Of a DNA stretch of 46,078 bases, positions 16,656-26,098 are shown piece by piece (the first letter of the stretch is position 1; the number at the start of each line of letters is the position of its first letter). The notes under the pieces are model-generated. The model was not told the origin of the DNA, ran no database searches, and saw nothing but the letters and a program-made list of their open reading frames with translations. The position numbers and the translations under genes are program-made. Source of the DNA: Candidatus Hydrogenedentota bacterium (GTDB taxonomy: Bacteria > Hydrogenedentota > Hydrogenedentia > Hydrogenedentales > CAITNO01). The DNA lies in NCBI GenBank assembly GCA_007118765.1, contig SKQZ01000082.1, positions 1 through 46,078 of the forward strand, read 5' to 3'.

Positions 16656-16685
16656 ATCGTACCCTATCTCTTCTATTCTAGTCAA
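16656..16685 (-). promoter_or_regulatory. Candidate promoter TTGACT-18-TACGAT for the efflux locus
   Basis: Read on the minus strand within an AT-rich gap between the prmC stop and the Cys-rich ORF. An 8-bp palindrome TGCATGCA lies just downstream. Confidence 0.3.
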
Positions 16686-16702
16686 CAAACTTATGATACC
16701 CG

Positions 16703-17587
16703 CTATTCCTGCGGCGAGGCGGGGGACATGGGGTGGGCACACAGGCCGACGGCGATACGGTTGATGCGAGCAAGGTCTTTTATGGCGCGGACAGATTCAA
16801 AGTCGTTGTCATGCATAAGCGCGGCAACGGACTCGTATTGGTCCTCGCCCACTTCCAGAGCGAGCATGCCGCCGGGTTTCAGCCGCGTTCGCGCATCCCG
16901 AATAATGCGGCGCAGGATATCCAGTCCGTCAGCGCCCGCCAACAATGCCTGCGGGTCTTCGTGTTTCGTAATAACAGGCGACAGTGAGGCCCATTCGTGT
17001 TCGGGCACATAGGGCGGGTTGGCCGCCACAACGTCAAAACGGTTACACCGTGCATCCAATGGCGCGAACAAGTCCCCCTGCACACACGTCACCCGCACAT
17101 GGTGGCGTTCTGCATTGCGCCGGGTGATGTCCACCGCATCGGCACGAATGTCACAGGCGTATACATCTGCGTGGGGCGCATGCCATGCAATGGCCGTCGC
17201 AACACATCCCGTGCCACAGCATACGTCGGCAACACAGGGCCTGTCTGTTGTTGTTTGTGCCGTCAAATGGGCGAGAACCGCCTCCACCAGATGCTCGGTC
17301 TCCGGTCGGGGCGTCAATAGGGGCGCCTGCACAAGCATGGACAGACCGAAAAACTCCCATTCGCCGAAAATATGGGCCAGCGGCTCATGATTAAGGCGAC
17401 GCGCCAACAGGGGCGTCGCTGCCGCTAAGTCTGCTGTCTCGTGCAGCCTTGCCAACAGCGATGCGCGGGGCACGTCCAATGCGCGGGCCAGCAACAATTC
17501 GGCCTCCAAGCGCGGCGTTTCCGTAATTGGCGCCAGCTGTTCGCATGCCTGCGCAATCCAGTGGGCAATTGTGAGACGCTGATTCAT
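16703..17587 (-). CDS. prmC: Release factor glutamine N5-methyltransferase
   Basis: SAM motif DVCCGTGCVA and catalytic NPPY in VAANPPYVP. I trimmed the start to ATG 17587 (MNQRLTIAHW); the ORF-track start is 17629. Confidence 0.85.
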   Translation of the reverse strand: MNQRLTIAHWIAQACEQLAPITETPRLEAELLLARALDVPRASLLARLHETADLAAATPLLARRLNHEPLAHIFGEWEFFGLSMLVQAPLLTPRPETEHLVEAVLAHLTAQTTTDRPCVADVCCGTGCVATAIAWHAPHADVYACDIRADAVDITRRNAERHHVRVTCVQGDLFAPLDARCNRFDVVAANPPYVPEHEWASLSPVITKHEDPQALLAGADGLDILRRIIRDARTRLKPGGMLALEVGEDQYESVAALMHDNDFESVRAIKDLARINRIAVGLCAHPMSPASPQE

Positions 17588-17708
17588 ACCCCATGATCCT
17601 GGCGTCGGTAAACACGGCGCATCGTTCAAAAGATTCTTTCGTACCGTATCGGTTCAGAAGACCCGGCAAAACAGGAGGTTTGATCTTCAGCCCGTCAAAG
17701 CATCCGGG

Positions 17709-18755
17709 CTAAAAATCAATGGCGTCTATTCCGGGTATGCACGAGTTCAGCGGCACCGTTTCAATATGCGTGGCGCCCAACGCCGCCAGCTGATAGCGCA
17801 CCTGCGCCAACGGCAGACTGGGGTTGTCCATGCTCATCTGGATGCTGAACTCGGTAAAGTTCAACCCTTCGTTCATGGTGGGCTCGTCGCCAAACAAGTT
17901 GTTGCTTTCGAGATAGGCCGTGATGGGGCCGACCCTGTCTTTGCGCGCATTAAAAAGTATCAACACCTTGTTTTCGGCAAAAACAGCGCCGTAAAGATTA
18001 AGCAAAAACATGCGGGCAAGCTCATACTTGTCCGCTTGTGTCTTGATGGACGGGTTGGCCCACAACCCGGTTTCGGAGGTCATGATCTCTTCGCTGATTT
18101 GCAGCCCGTAATTTCGGATGGCACTGCCGGTCTGTGTGATTTCAAGGCCAAGATCAACACCGCCGTTCAATACTTTCGCTTCCGTCTTGCCCCATGCCTC
18201 ATAGACCACCAACCCCTGATCTATCTTGGGCGGCGTATTGTATTTCTGCACGGAAAAAGCGTTCCAATCGGCGCCAAAACCCAACGCATCCTTCTTCTTC
18301 TGAAACCAGTTGATGGCAAGGTAGGGCATTTCCGAAACAACCCGGACGATGCGCCGGTCGCGGAGCAAGGATTCAAACCAGGCATCAAAGCCGACGCCAT
18401 CCGGCAAGGGCGGGTTCACCACCACAATGCGCACGTTGCCGCGTTGCAGCGAGAGGATCTTTTGCAGCGTAATGTCCTGATGGTATTCATAGTGGTATTC
18501 CAGCAGCCGCTCGGTGATCCAGTCATCGCCGCCAATGGCAATGTCCAGTTCATGCAAAGCCAGTTGTGCGCCGAATTCCTGGGGGCGTCCATCCCAGCCG
18601 AACAACATGCTGTGCAACGGGAAGGTGGTGGGCCCGCCCGCTTCATAGCCTTTGGTGGGAAATCCCGCCGCTCGCAACAGGGTTACCAGATTGCCGCCGC
18701 GGTTGGGGTCGGCAAGCGAACCGGCGGGCATGCCGATAATCAGTTTGTCATCCAT
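17709..18755 (-). CDS. hisG: ATP phosphoribosyltransferase-like protein (long HisG form with insertions)
   Basis: By a from-memory alignment to E. coli HisG: LIIGMPAGSL, GRPQEFGAQLALHELDIAIGGDDWITE, GGVDLGLEITQTGSAIRNYGL (PRPP-loop-like) and a C-terminal regulatory-domain-like tail. At 348 aa it is longer than canonical HisG. Confidence 0.6.
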   Translation of the reverse strand: MDDKLIIGMPAGSLADPNRGGNLVTLLRAAGFPTKGYEAGGPTTFPLHSMLFGWDGRPQEFGAQLALHELDIAIGGDDWITERLLEYHYEYHQDITLQKILSLQRGNVRIVVVNPPLPDGVGFDAWFESLLRDRRIVRVVSEMPYLAINWFQKKKDALGFGADWNAFSVQKYNTPPKIDQGLVVYEAWGKTEAKVLNGGVDLGLEITQTGSAIRNYGLQISEEIMTSETGLWANPSIKTQADKYELARMFLLNLYGAVFAENKVLILFNARKDRVGPITAYLESNNLFGDEPTMNEGLNFTEFSIQMSMDNPSLPLAQVRYQLAALGATHIETVPLNSCIPGIDAIDF

Positions 18756-18758
18756 GTA

Positions 18759-19307
18759 TCAATCCTCTATATGAAGCGAATCGCTTTCAGCGTGTAGCGG
18801 CTCATCGGGCCGCATGAACGCCATGAAACAATAAAGCAGGGCGAAGGCCAGCAATGCCCAGGCAAACCCGGCGCGGGTCAGACTCCACGGCATGGGGCCG
18901 AGCGGCCGCGCACGCCACACAAACAGCAGTGCAATGGGACAACAGACCGCCGCCCAAATCCATGCGGCCTGTTTGTACTGTTGCGGCCACGGCGTAAGAT
19001 CCGGTCGGGGACGTCGCTCAAGGAAAAAACCCAGCGCAAACAAGATGATGCCAATGGCGAACAGGCCTGACTCGCCGCGCTCAAACCAATAGGCAAAACT
19101 GGTTTCACGCCCCGGATCAGCGCCAAACAACGGGTCGAACACAATAAAGCGTGTCACCATGCCAATGACGATAATGGCGGCGCCCTCCAACTGCATGCGG
19201 GCGATGCGCTTGGGATACCGCCACGTTTTTCGCGCTGCGCCCACGAGAAGAAGGCCGCAGGGCAGCAATGACATATACAGTCCGGTTAATACGGCAAAGT
19301 AAATCAT
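18759..19307 (-). CDS. Hypothetical multi-pass membrane protein (182 aa)
   Basis: About five hydrophobic segments. It ends 4 nt before the hisG-like start. No family recognised. Confidence 0.55.
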   Translation of the reverse strand: MIYFAVLTGLYMSLLPCGLLLVGAARKTWRYPKRIARMQLEGAAIIVIGMVTRFIVFDPLFGADPGRETSFAYWFERGESGLFAIGIILFALGFFLERRPRPDLTPWPQQYKQAAWIWAAVCCPIALLFVWRARPLGPMPWSLTRAGFAWALLAFALLYCFMAFMRPDEPLHAESDSLHIED

Positions 19308-19334
19308 GCGTCGCTTGTCCCGGGTTGTTGGGAA

Positions 19335-19928
19335 TCAGGGGTACAACCGCTGTCGCACCCAATCTGCTCCTGATTTTGTATATAAAACACGGTCATGCAG
19401 CCGATAGGGCTGTTTCAACCAGAACTCAATTGCTTCGGGAACAACACGGAACCCGCTCCAGAATTCCGGGCGCGGCACCGGGCCGAACAAGTACCGGCTC
19501 ACATACTTCGCTATACGCTTTTCAAGCGCCCGCGACGATTCCAGCGGGCGGGACTGTTTGGATGCCCATGCGCCCAGCCGACTTTGACGCGGGCGTGATG
19601 CGAAATAGGCGTCCGCCTCGGCATCGGAGGTATGTTCCACCGGCCCGCGGATGCGCACCTGCTTGCCGAGGGGCATCCAGTAAAAGCAGAGGGCGGCCCG
19701 CGGCACAGCCTGCAGCTGGGCGGCCTTCGGGCTGATCATGTTGGTATAAAAAACAAAGCCCGCGGGGTCATGCCCTTTCAGCAGCACCTGACGCGCATCG
19801 GGCGCTCCGGTTGCGTCCGTTGTGGCCAGCGTCATCGCCGTATGGTCTTCGATGGCCTCGCATTCTGCCGCTTCGGCGTACCAGTTATCAAATAAAACGA
19901 ACGGGGATTCTTCTTGTTGTATCGCCAA
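19335..19928 (-). CDS. pdxH: Pyridoxamine 5'-phosphate oxidase
   Basis: The strings RQVLLKG, QVRIRGPVE, YFASRPRQSRLGAWASKQS and EFWLKQPYRLHDR are classic PdxH. Confidence 0.9.
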   Translation of the reverse strand: MAIQQEESPFVLFDNWYAEAAECEAIEDHTAMTLATTDATGAPDARQVLLKGHDPAGFVFYTNMISPKAAQLQAVPRAALCFYWMPLGKQVRIRGPVEHTSDAEADAYFASRPRQSRLGAWASKQSRPLESSRALEKRIAKYVSRYLFGPVPRPEFWSGFRVVPEAIEFWLKQPYRLHDRVLYTKSGADWVRQRLYP

Positions 19929-20014
19929 TGACGCAACCCTTAATGATTATGTCGGTTCGACGGACTTCGCGGTTAATGGCAGGTGACGCCGACGGGCGTT
20001 GACTGTCTGGCAGG

Positions 20015-20839
20015 TTAATCCCGGGGACGGCTTGCCTGCTTGAGGTATTCCAAACTCTTCGTGGCAATGGCCTCCGGCCCTGCCTCAAAGTCAAACACTT
20101 CCACGGATACATACTTGTCGTAACCGATATCGCGCAATGCTTCAAAAATAGGCACAAAATCAACGTCGCCCCAGCCCGGTCCCTTAAAGTTGGCGTCGTT
20201 GGCATGGTAATGGCGCAGATACTTGCCATACTTGCGAATGACGGCGGGCCGGTCTTCCTGCAGGAAGCTCATGGCCTTGGTATCAAGGAGCAGCTGGAAA
20301 TTCGGGTGTCCCACCGCCTCTATCAGCTCCACCGTCTGCTCGGGTGTGTGGCAGAAGTTGGTTTCCCAATGGTTGAGCTGTTCCATGCAAATGGTCACGT
20401 CACGTTGTTCGCACAATGGCATGGTCGCTTCGAAAATCTCACGGGCATATTCAAATGCCTGGTTATAGGTGAGGTCCCGTGCCACGTTGCGCTGCTTCGG
20501 CGACCCGAAAATAATCACTTTACCGCCCACGTCGCCACAGAAATTGACCAGATCCGCCATGTACTTTTGCGTGAAGGCGCGCACGTCGTCATCGGGATGG
20601 GTCAGGTGAACGCCTTCCGGCCCCACAAACACCCAATGAATGCCCAGGATGTCAAGGTCGGCCTTTTCGGCAAAACGCACAATGTCCTTGCGTGTTGTAT
20701 CAGGAATATCGTAAACATATTGCGACAGGGTGAAGGGCGCAATTTCAAGGCCGTCATATCCGATTTCCTTGACATAATTGATGGTGCGCTCCATGTCGTT
20801 CCACTCTTTGAAAATTTCACTGCAAATGCCAAACTTCAT
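20015..20839 (-). CDS. Sugar phosphate isomerase/epimerase (xylose isomerase-like TIM barrel)
   Basis: The N-terminus MKFGICSEIF...GYDGLEI and the overall pattern match the AP_endonuc_2 / TIM-barrel family. Confidence 0.8.
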   Translation of the reverse strand: MKFGICSEIFKEWNDMERTINYVKEIGYDGLEIAPFTLSQYVYDIPDTTRKDIVRFAEKADLDILGIHWVFVGPEGVHLTHPDDDVRAFTQKYMADLVNFCGDVGGKVIIFGSPKQRNVARDLTYNQAFEYAREIFEATMPLCEQRDVTICMEQLNHWETNFCHTPEQTVELIEAVGHPNFQLLLDTKAMSFLQEDRPAVIRKYGKYLRHYHANDANFKGPGWGDVDFVPIFEALRDIGYDKYVSVEVFDFEAGPEAIATKSLEYLKQASRPRD

Positions 20840-20848
20840 ACCGTCTCC

Positions 20849-22234
20849 TTAGGCTTTGGACGCGTCCCGCTTGGGTGCGTCCGCCGCGTCATCTTTTTCC
20901 CCAACACCGTGCTTTGTCTTGGGTTCATACACATAAACACAATTGCCGCCCGCCCGTTTCGCGCCATACATCATTTCATCGGCGAAACGGATAAAGGATT
21001 GCGGGGTGCTGTCCCGGCGATAGGTCATCACGCCAACGCTGATGGTGCAATTGCCAAACTTGCGCTTCTCGAAAGACGATCGGATGCGCTCGGCAATTCT
21101 TTGCGCCAATTCTTCGTCGGTTTCGGGCAGGATCACCGTGAACTCGTCGCCGCCGTAACGGCACCCGATGTCAACGTAGTCCCGGGTGCATTCGCGTACC
21201 ACATCGCCGATGGCCTTGAGCACTTTGTCACCTTCGAGATGACCCTTGGTGTCATTATATTCTTTGAAGCGGTCCACATCAAACAACAGCAACGACAAAG
21301 GATGATCCTGCCGTCGTGCACGCTCAATTTCGACTTGCAGCCGCTCGTGAAAATAGCGCTGATTGTAAAGGTCGGTCAGCCCGTCTTTAATGGTCAGTTC
21401 CTTCAGCTCATTTTCCAGCTGTTTCTGTTGCGTAATATCGCGGCATATACTGAGTATGGAATCATCGTTGCCGCCGCCCTGATCACGCACACGCGAAACG
21501 GACATCATCACGGGGATATGTCTGCCCTCCTTGTGAATCATCTCCGTTTCATAGTTCCGTACCGGGCCGCTTTCAAGATGGTTATACAACTGCCGGATCT
21601 CTTCGGCGCCGCCGCGAAACAAATCGTTCAATATAAACCCCTTCAGTTCGGACGGCGTATATCCCAGCATGTCCAACACGCCCCGGTTGACATAGGTGAT
21701 GCGATAATCCATATTGCTCGTCACCACCGTGTCCACAGAACTGTTCAGCAGGTTTTCAAGGTATTCCTTGGTCTTGCGCAGTTCCTTGTTCGCTGTTTCC
21801 AGTTCTGACGTGGCTTCGCGGACGCGCTCTTCCAAACTGGTCTGATAGCGGCGGTTTTCCAGCAGCAACCGACGCCGCTCAAGCGTCTTTTCCACGGTGA
21901 ATGCCAAATCGCCCAGGTGGAACGGCTTGACCAGAAAATCAGATGCGCCGGCGCGCATGACTTCCACCGCGTCGTTTACATCCATCATCCCCGTGGTGAC
22001 AATGCAGGCGAGCTCGGTATCCAGCGCCAGCGCCTCTTTCATGACATCAATGCCGTTGTCCGCATCCAAATACAACTCGGTCATAAACAAGGTGTATTTG
22101 CTGTTGCGCAGCCTGTCAAGCGCGTCTTTGGCGGTGGAGGCCACATCGCATACGTATGACTCGCCGCGTAAGAAATCCTCCACAACCTCAAGCGTGCCCG
22201 CATCGCTGTCAAGATATAAAATTTGCTCAGCCAA
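20849..22234 (-). CDS. Response regulator receiver - PAS - GGDEF diguanylate cyclase
   Basis: REC domain (ILYLDSD...TELYLDADNGIDV...KPF), a PAS segment, and the active site RYGGDEF. The likely start is TTG 22234, with GGGGAG 5 nt upstream; the ORF-track start is TTG 22312. RxxD is not in register upstream of GGDEF (DYVD instead). Confidence 0.85.
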   Translation of the reverse strand: MAEQILYLDSDAGTLEVVEDFLRGESYVCDVASTAKDALDRLRNSKYTLFMTELYLDADNGIDVMKEALALDTELACIVTTGMMDVNDAVEVMRAGASDFLVKPFHLGDLAFTVEKTLERRRLLLENRRYQTSLEERVREATSELETANKELRKTKEYLENLLNSSVDTVVTSNMDYRITYVNRGVLDMLGYTPSELKGFILNDLFRGGAEEIRQLYNHLESGPVRNYETEMIHKEGRHIPVMMSVSRVRDQGGGNDDSILSICRDITQQKQLENELKELTIKDGLTDLYNQRYFHERLQVEIERARRQDHPLSLLLFDVDRFKEYNDTKGHLEGDKVLKAIGDVVRECTRDYVDIGCRYGGDEFTVILPETDEELAQRIAERIRSSFEKRKFGNCTISVGVMTYRRDSTPQSFIRFADEMMYGAKRAGGNCVYVYEPKTKHGVGEKDDAADAPKRDASKA

Positions 22235-22356
22235 GTCTACTCCCCATTGCTTCGCTTTATCCGGTACTGTTTCCCGCCCGCCAAGATGCAGACGCCCCGT
22301 ATCGCACACCAATACAATACGCTAACAATTTCCCTGCATGCAGTGCATGCAGGCGA

Positions 22357-22584
22357 TCACACATATTTCACCACGCCAATCATGGCGATTATGCTTCCAA
22401 TGACCAGCCCCAGTTCCAATCTGCCCGGCAACCGGTCTCTATCGATATCCGCCTCGGCAAGGCCTTCCCGGGTCGCCATCTTCTGGTCCGCTGATTGCGC
22501 CTCCGCCGACTCGGTCATTGTCAGCATGCAAAAGAGAAACAACAAGCACATCAACCCTGTTATGGCCATCGTTTTGCTTTGCAT
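22357..22584 (-). CDS. Small hypothetical membrane/secreted protein (75 aa)
   Basis: AGGAGA SD lies 7 nt upstream of the ATG. It has an N-terminal signal-like segment ending AEA and a C-terminal hydrophobic helix LELGLVIGSIIAMIGVV. Confidence 0.5.
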   Translation of the reverse strand: MQSKTMAITGLMCLLFLFCMLTMTESAEAQSADQKMATREGLAEADIDRDRLPGRLELGLVIGSIIAMIGVVKYV

Positions 22585-22782
22585 CTCATGCTCTCCTATT
22601 TGCTGGCGTCCGCGGCATGCGAAGCGCCCGAAATCTGTACTGCGTTGTTATGATAACGTTTGTACGTGCAGCGTCAGACGACAGTATGCCTGCGGCATAT
22701 TTGCGAACACACGCTACGCTATGCCTATTGTACCGTATTTTGACTGAAAAACCGAATTTTGAACATGCTGCACGACATTATA

Positions 22783-24210
22783 TCAAAAATCTTCCATTTC
22801 GTGTCGCAACGCAGCCAGCCGTTCTTTTAATTCCGCCAACACCGGCGCATAGGCCCCTTCTTCCGAAAGATCCGTAATTTCATCTGGGTCGGCGTCCAGA
22901 TCATACAACCGGTACCGGTCAATCTCCGGGTAGTGGATAAGCTTGTGGTTGTCCACCCGTATCATGCGCTGTACATGCCTGTACGCGCCGTAGATGGCCT
23001 CATACTGTTTGTCGCTACCGCCGGTGATGAGCGGCGTCAGACTCTTGTATTGGACATGGTCGGGAATTTCCATGCCCGCAAGGTCAAAGGTGGTGGGCAT
23101 AATATCCTGCAAATATACGGGCGTCGCAATTCGTCTGTCGGCGGGTATGCCGGGTCCGGCAAGCAACAGCGGTGCCTTCATGCTGTGTTCATACATATTC
23201 TGTTTGCCCATCAGCCCGTGCTTGCCGACGGCCAACCCGTGATCGGCGGTAAAGAAGATATAGGTTTCTCCGGCGCGTCCGGTCGCCTCAAGCGCATCAA
23301 GAATACGCCCAATCTGAGTATCCATGTGGGATATCATGGCGTAATACTCGCGCCGCTGGGTTCGGACGGCATGGGGCGTGCGCGGGAACGGCGCAAGTCG
23401 TTCATCCCGCAGATCAGGGCCACAGCCGATGTCATCCTTGTACGGGTATTCCGGCAGAAAACTCTCCGGCGTGCTGATGTCGTCGTAAGGATGCTTGTCC
23501 AGATAGCGTTGTGGCGATTGCCGGGGGTCATGGGGCGCGTTAAAGGCGAGATACATGAAAAACGGCGTGTCGTGGTCGGCGGCATCCTGCAGGAAGTCCA
23601 CCCCGTCATCGCCCAGCACCTCACTCCAGTGTTCCCCGCCAGCCCAGAAGCCGCCGAGGTCCGGATTCGCCGGATCAAACGGATCCGGTGCGTCCGCATG
23701 GGGACGGTCGTATTGCTCCGGCACATCCGGCGGCATGCCGCCGCGAATGTGGCGCACCGTCTGAAAAGCGTTGGCGGCATCGCAATTGACATGCCATTTG
23801 CCGCTCATGTACGTGCGGTATCCCGCCCGTTCAAAGTATTGCGGCCATAACCGGCCCGCATCGCATTCCTGCGGCACATGCGGATCCAAAGCCGCCGCCT
23901 CCCAAAGGAAACGCCCTGTCAGCAACATGGTGCGGCTGGCCACACATATCGCGCCATGCCAGCCGCCTTGGTTATAGCAGTTGTCAAAACTGACGCCCTG
24001 TCGCACCAGTCGGTCAAGGTTCGGCGTGTGCGCCTCCTTGCATCCCAACGCGCCAATACTGTCAAACGTCTGGTCGTCGGCGAAAATAAAGAGAATGTTC
24101 GGCTTCTGCGGTTTTGTGGCGCCTGCCTTATGGCGCCCCGCCAGGGCATACGCGCCCGCCGCGCCCGCCGCACATCGCATAAAGTCTCTGCGGTTCATGG
24201 TGGATGGCAT
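22783..24210 (-). CDS. Tat-exported sulfatase
   Basis: Tat signal NRRDFMRCAAGAAG. The string ILFIFADDQ is present. The formylglycine motif variant CVASR (CxAxR) occurs in AICVASRTMLLTGR. Confidence 0.9.
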   Translation of the reverse strand: MPSTMNRRDFMRCAAGAAGAYALAGRHKAGATKPQKPNILFIFADDQTFDSIGALGCKEAHTPNLDRLVRQGVSFDNCYNQGGWHGAICVASRTMLLTGRFLWEAAALDPHVPQECDAGRLWPQYFERAGYRTYMSGKWHVNCDAANAFQTVRHIRGGMPPDVPEQYDRPHADAPDPFDPANPDLGGFWAGGEHWSEVLGDDGVDFLQDAADHDTPFFMYLAFNAPHDPRQSPQRYLDKHPYDDISTPESFLPEYPYKDDIGCGPDLRDERLAPFPRTPHAVRTQRREYYAMISHMDTQIGRILDALEATGRAGETYIFFTADHGLAVGKHGLMGKQNMYEHSMKAPLLLAGPGIPADRRIATPVYLQDIMPTTFDLAGMEIPDHVQYKSLTPLITGGSDKQYEAIYGAYRHVQRMIRVDNHKLIHYPEIDRYRLYDLDADPDEITDLSEEGAYAPVLAELKERLAALRHEMEDF

Positions 24211-24249
24211 GTGTAGCGTTCCTTCCGGTGAATCGTGATGAAAAGCCCG

Positions 24250-24912
24250 TCACTTTCCGGGATTATCCGCGCGCGTTTTGCCCAGGAGCATCTGAAAAAT
24301 GAAGCCCGTGGCCGCCAAACCCGCCCAAGCCATGGCGAACGGCGCGGCGCCGCTGAACGGTCCGGCCAGATCGGGCGCCGAAGGTTTTATGTCCAAAAAA
24401 GCCAGCAACAAAAAGACGCCATGCGTGATAAACAGGCCGCCGAGAACCGCGGTGGCCATGCTGATGATAAAACGATGCAGAAACAAGGCGACCACCGCAC
24501 CCAGCAGCCCGGCGATGATCACCGCAGGCAGCTCCCACCGTTCAGACGGCAGCGCTTCGGCAAAATGCCATACCAGCAGGGCGCATACGCCGCCGCCTAT
24601 TATCATGACTCCAAGCCGGTATATCCGGTGGGCCAGCAGCGCGCCAACCAGTCCGCCCAACAGCAGCGCCAGCCCCATGTACAAGAGATTCCCCTGGGTT
24701 ATGACGCCTGCAATCAGCAGTGCCACCAGACCGGCAAAAACGAACCCGGAGGCATCCACCAGGAAATGTGTGGTACGATAGCCGAAGTAACAGCACAACA
24801 TGCCGCACGCAATCAGTCCGACAAATGCCAGGGCGGGCTGATATTCGGCAAGCATTTCTATGTGGGGGTGCAGGGATTCGCTCACAATTGCATTCCATCG
24901 TTGAAAAAACAC
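24250..24912 (-). CDS. Hypothetical multi-pass membrane protein (DUF4203/TMEM198-like guess)
   Basis: About 6-7 Gly/Ala/Leu-rich TM segments. The start is uncertain: GTG 24912 or ATG 24855, and neither has a clear SD. Confidence 0.55.
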   Translation of the reverse strand: MFFQRWNAIVSESLHPHIEMLAEYQPALAFVGLIACGMLCCYFGYRTTHFLVDASGFVFAGLVALLIAGVITQGNLLYMGLALLLGGLVGALLAHRIYRLGVMIIGGGVCALLVWHFAEALPSERWELPAVIIAGLLGAVVALFLHRFIISMATAVLGGLFITHGVFLLLAFLDIKPSAPDLAGPFSGAAPFAMAWAGLAATGFIFQMLLGKTRADNPGK

Positions 24913-25006
24913 AGAATAACACAGGTCGAACGAGAAAAGGAATCTCCGTTGCGGCCATCACACACAAACACCGATTCCACACGCTTGTTTTCTGAATACA
25001 GTGCCT

Positions 25007-25972
25007 ATGTCAAAAGCCATCCTAGCCACACCGTTTTCAATCGCCCTGTTCTTGATGGGCTGGTCATTAACGCCCGTTTTCGTGCGTTATATGAGCGGCG
25101 CCTATGATCCCTATACCCAGGCCTTTGTCCGCTATTTAAGCGCCGCCGCCGCATTGTGCGCCTATGCATACGTGTTTTATCGGCGCGACCTGTTCCTTGC
25201 CATGAGACGCTGGCGTACACTGGCGCCCATTGGCGCGGTGGTGGTATGTATGCAAATCGCATGGACCGTGGCCATTTACAATACCACCGCAACCATGGCC
25301 CAGCTGGTGACCACGTTGCAAGCGCCCACGGTGATTCTATTCAGTTTCATCGTGTTTCACGAAGAGCGGGATGTTATTCGGAGTCCCTTCTACATAGTGG
25401 GGTCGCTCCTGTGTTTTCTGGGCGTTATTGCGGTGTTTATGCGTGATGACGGCGAACAGGTGCGCTTTTACGTGGATTTTGCCATGATCCTGCTTCTTTT
25501 CGTGAGCGTGGCATGGGCCGTCTATGCCGTATGGGGTCGCCACACGGCCAAAGGACTTCATCCCGTGGCCATGTTCACCATGATTAGTGTATACGTGACT
25601 ATCGGCTTGTTCTTTGCCATGTGCCTGTTTGGGAACCCCGCCGGCCTGCCGCATGTGGGGCTGCGCATGAACAGCATCGCCTTTATGTCCGGCGTTATCT
25701 GTATTGCATCGGCCCACTGTGGATTCCATTATGCACAGGTGCGTCTTGGCAGCGCCTATTGCACCACGTTACAGCTGCTGACCCCCTTTATCACCCATGT
25801 ACTGGCCTATGCCCTCTGGCCGGATGAGGCGCTGTTGTGGATTCAATGGGCCGGCGGCGCCATGCTGGTGACGGGCGCTTTTCTTGTCATTCGCGCCAAA
25901 AGGATGCAAGCCGCCTGTCCTGAGATTGCGACGCCCCATGTGAAGTATGCCGAGGGCGATATACACACATGA
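25007..25972 (+). CDS. DMT-superfamily (EamA-like) transporter
   Basis: About ten TM segments in two similar halves, typical of EamA. Start is ATG 25007; GTG 25001 is also possible. Confidence 0.75.
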   Translation: MSKAILATPFSIALFLMGWSLTPVFVRYMSGAYDPYTQAFVRYLSAAAALCAYAYVFYRRDLFLAMRRWRTLAPIGAVVVCMQIAWTVAIYNTTATMAQLVTTLQAPTVILFSFIVFHEERDVIRSPFYIVGSLLCFLGVIAVFMRDDGEQVRFYVDFAMILLLFVSVAWAVYAVWGRHTAKGLHPVAMFTMISVYVTIGLFFAMCLFGNPAGLPHVGLRMNSIAFMSGVICIASAHCGFHYAQVRLGSAYCTTLQLLTPFITHVLAYALWPDEALLWIQWAGGAMLVTGAFLVIRAKRMQAACPEIATPHVKYAEGDIHT

Positions 25973-26098
25973 CACGGCGCCCGGTTCACATCGAAACGGG
26001 ATATTGTTGATTGCCGGATTCTTTATGCTACCATGATAATCGTATGTGAGTGCTACCGGTAACGTGCCGATTCAGGCCGCAACAAAAGGAAATGGAAC

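Noticed and set aside
16099-16764. 221-aa plus-strand ORF across the efflux-locus promoter region
   Set aside because: The product is extremely Arg-rich and spans an AT-rich promoter gap and the 3' end of prmC. The minus-strand ORF has an SD and a signal peptide, so it is preferred.
19929-20014. tRNA-like GGTTCGA string in an 86-nt intergenic gap
   Set aside because: No acceptor, D or anticodon stems can be drawn, and the T-loop context is not conserved.
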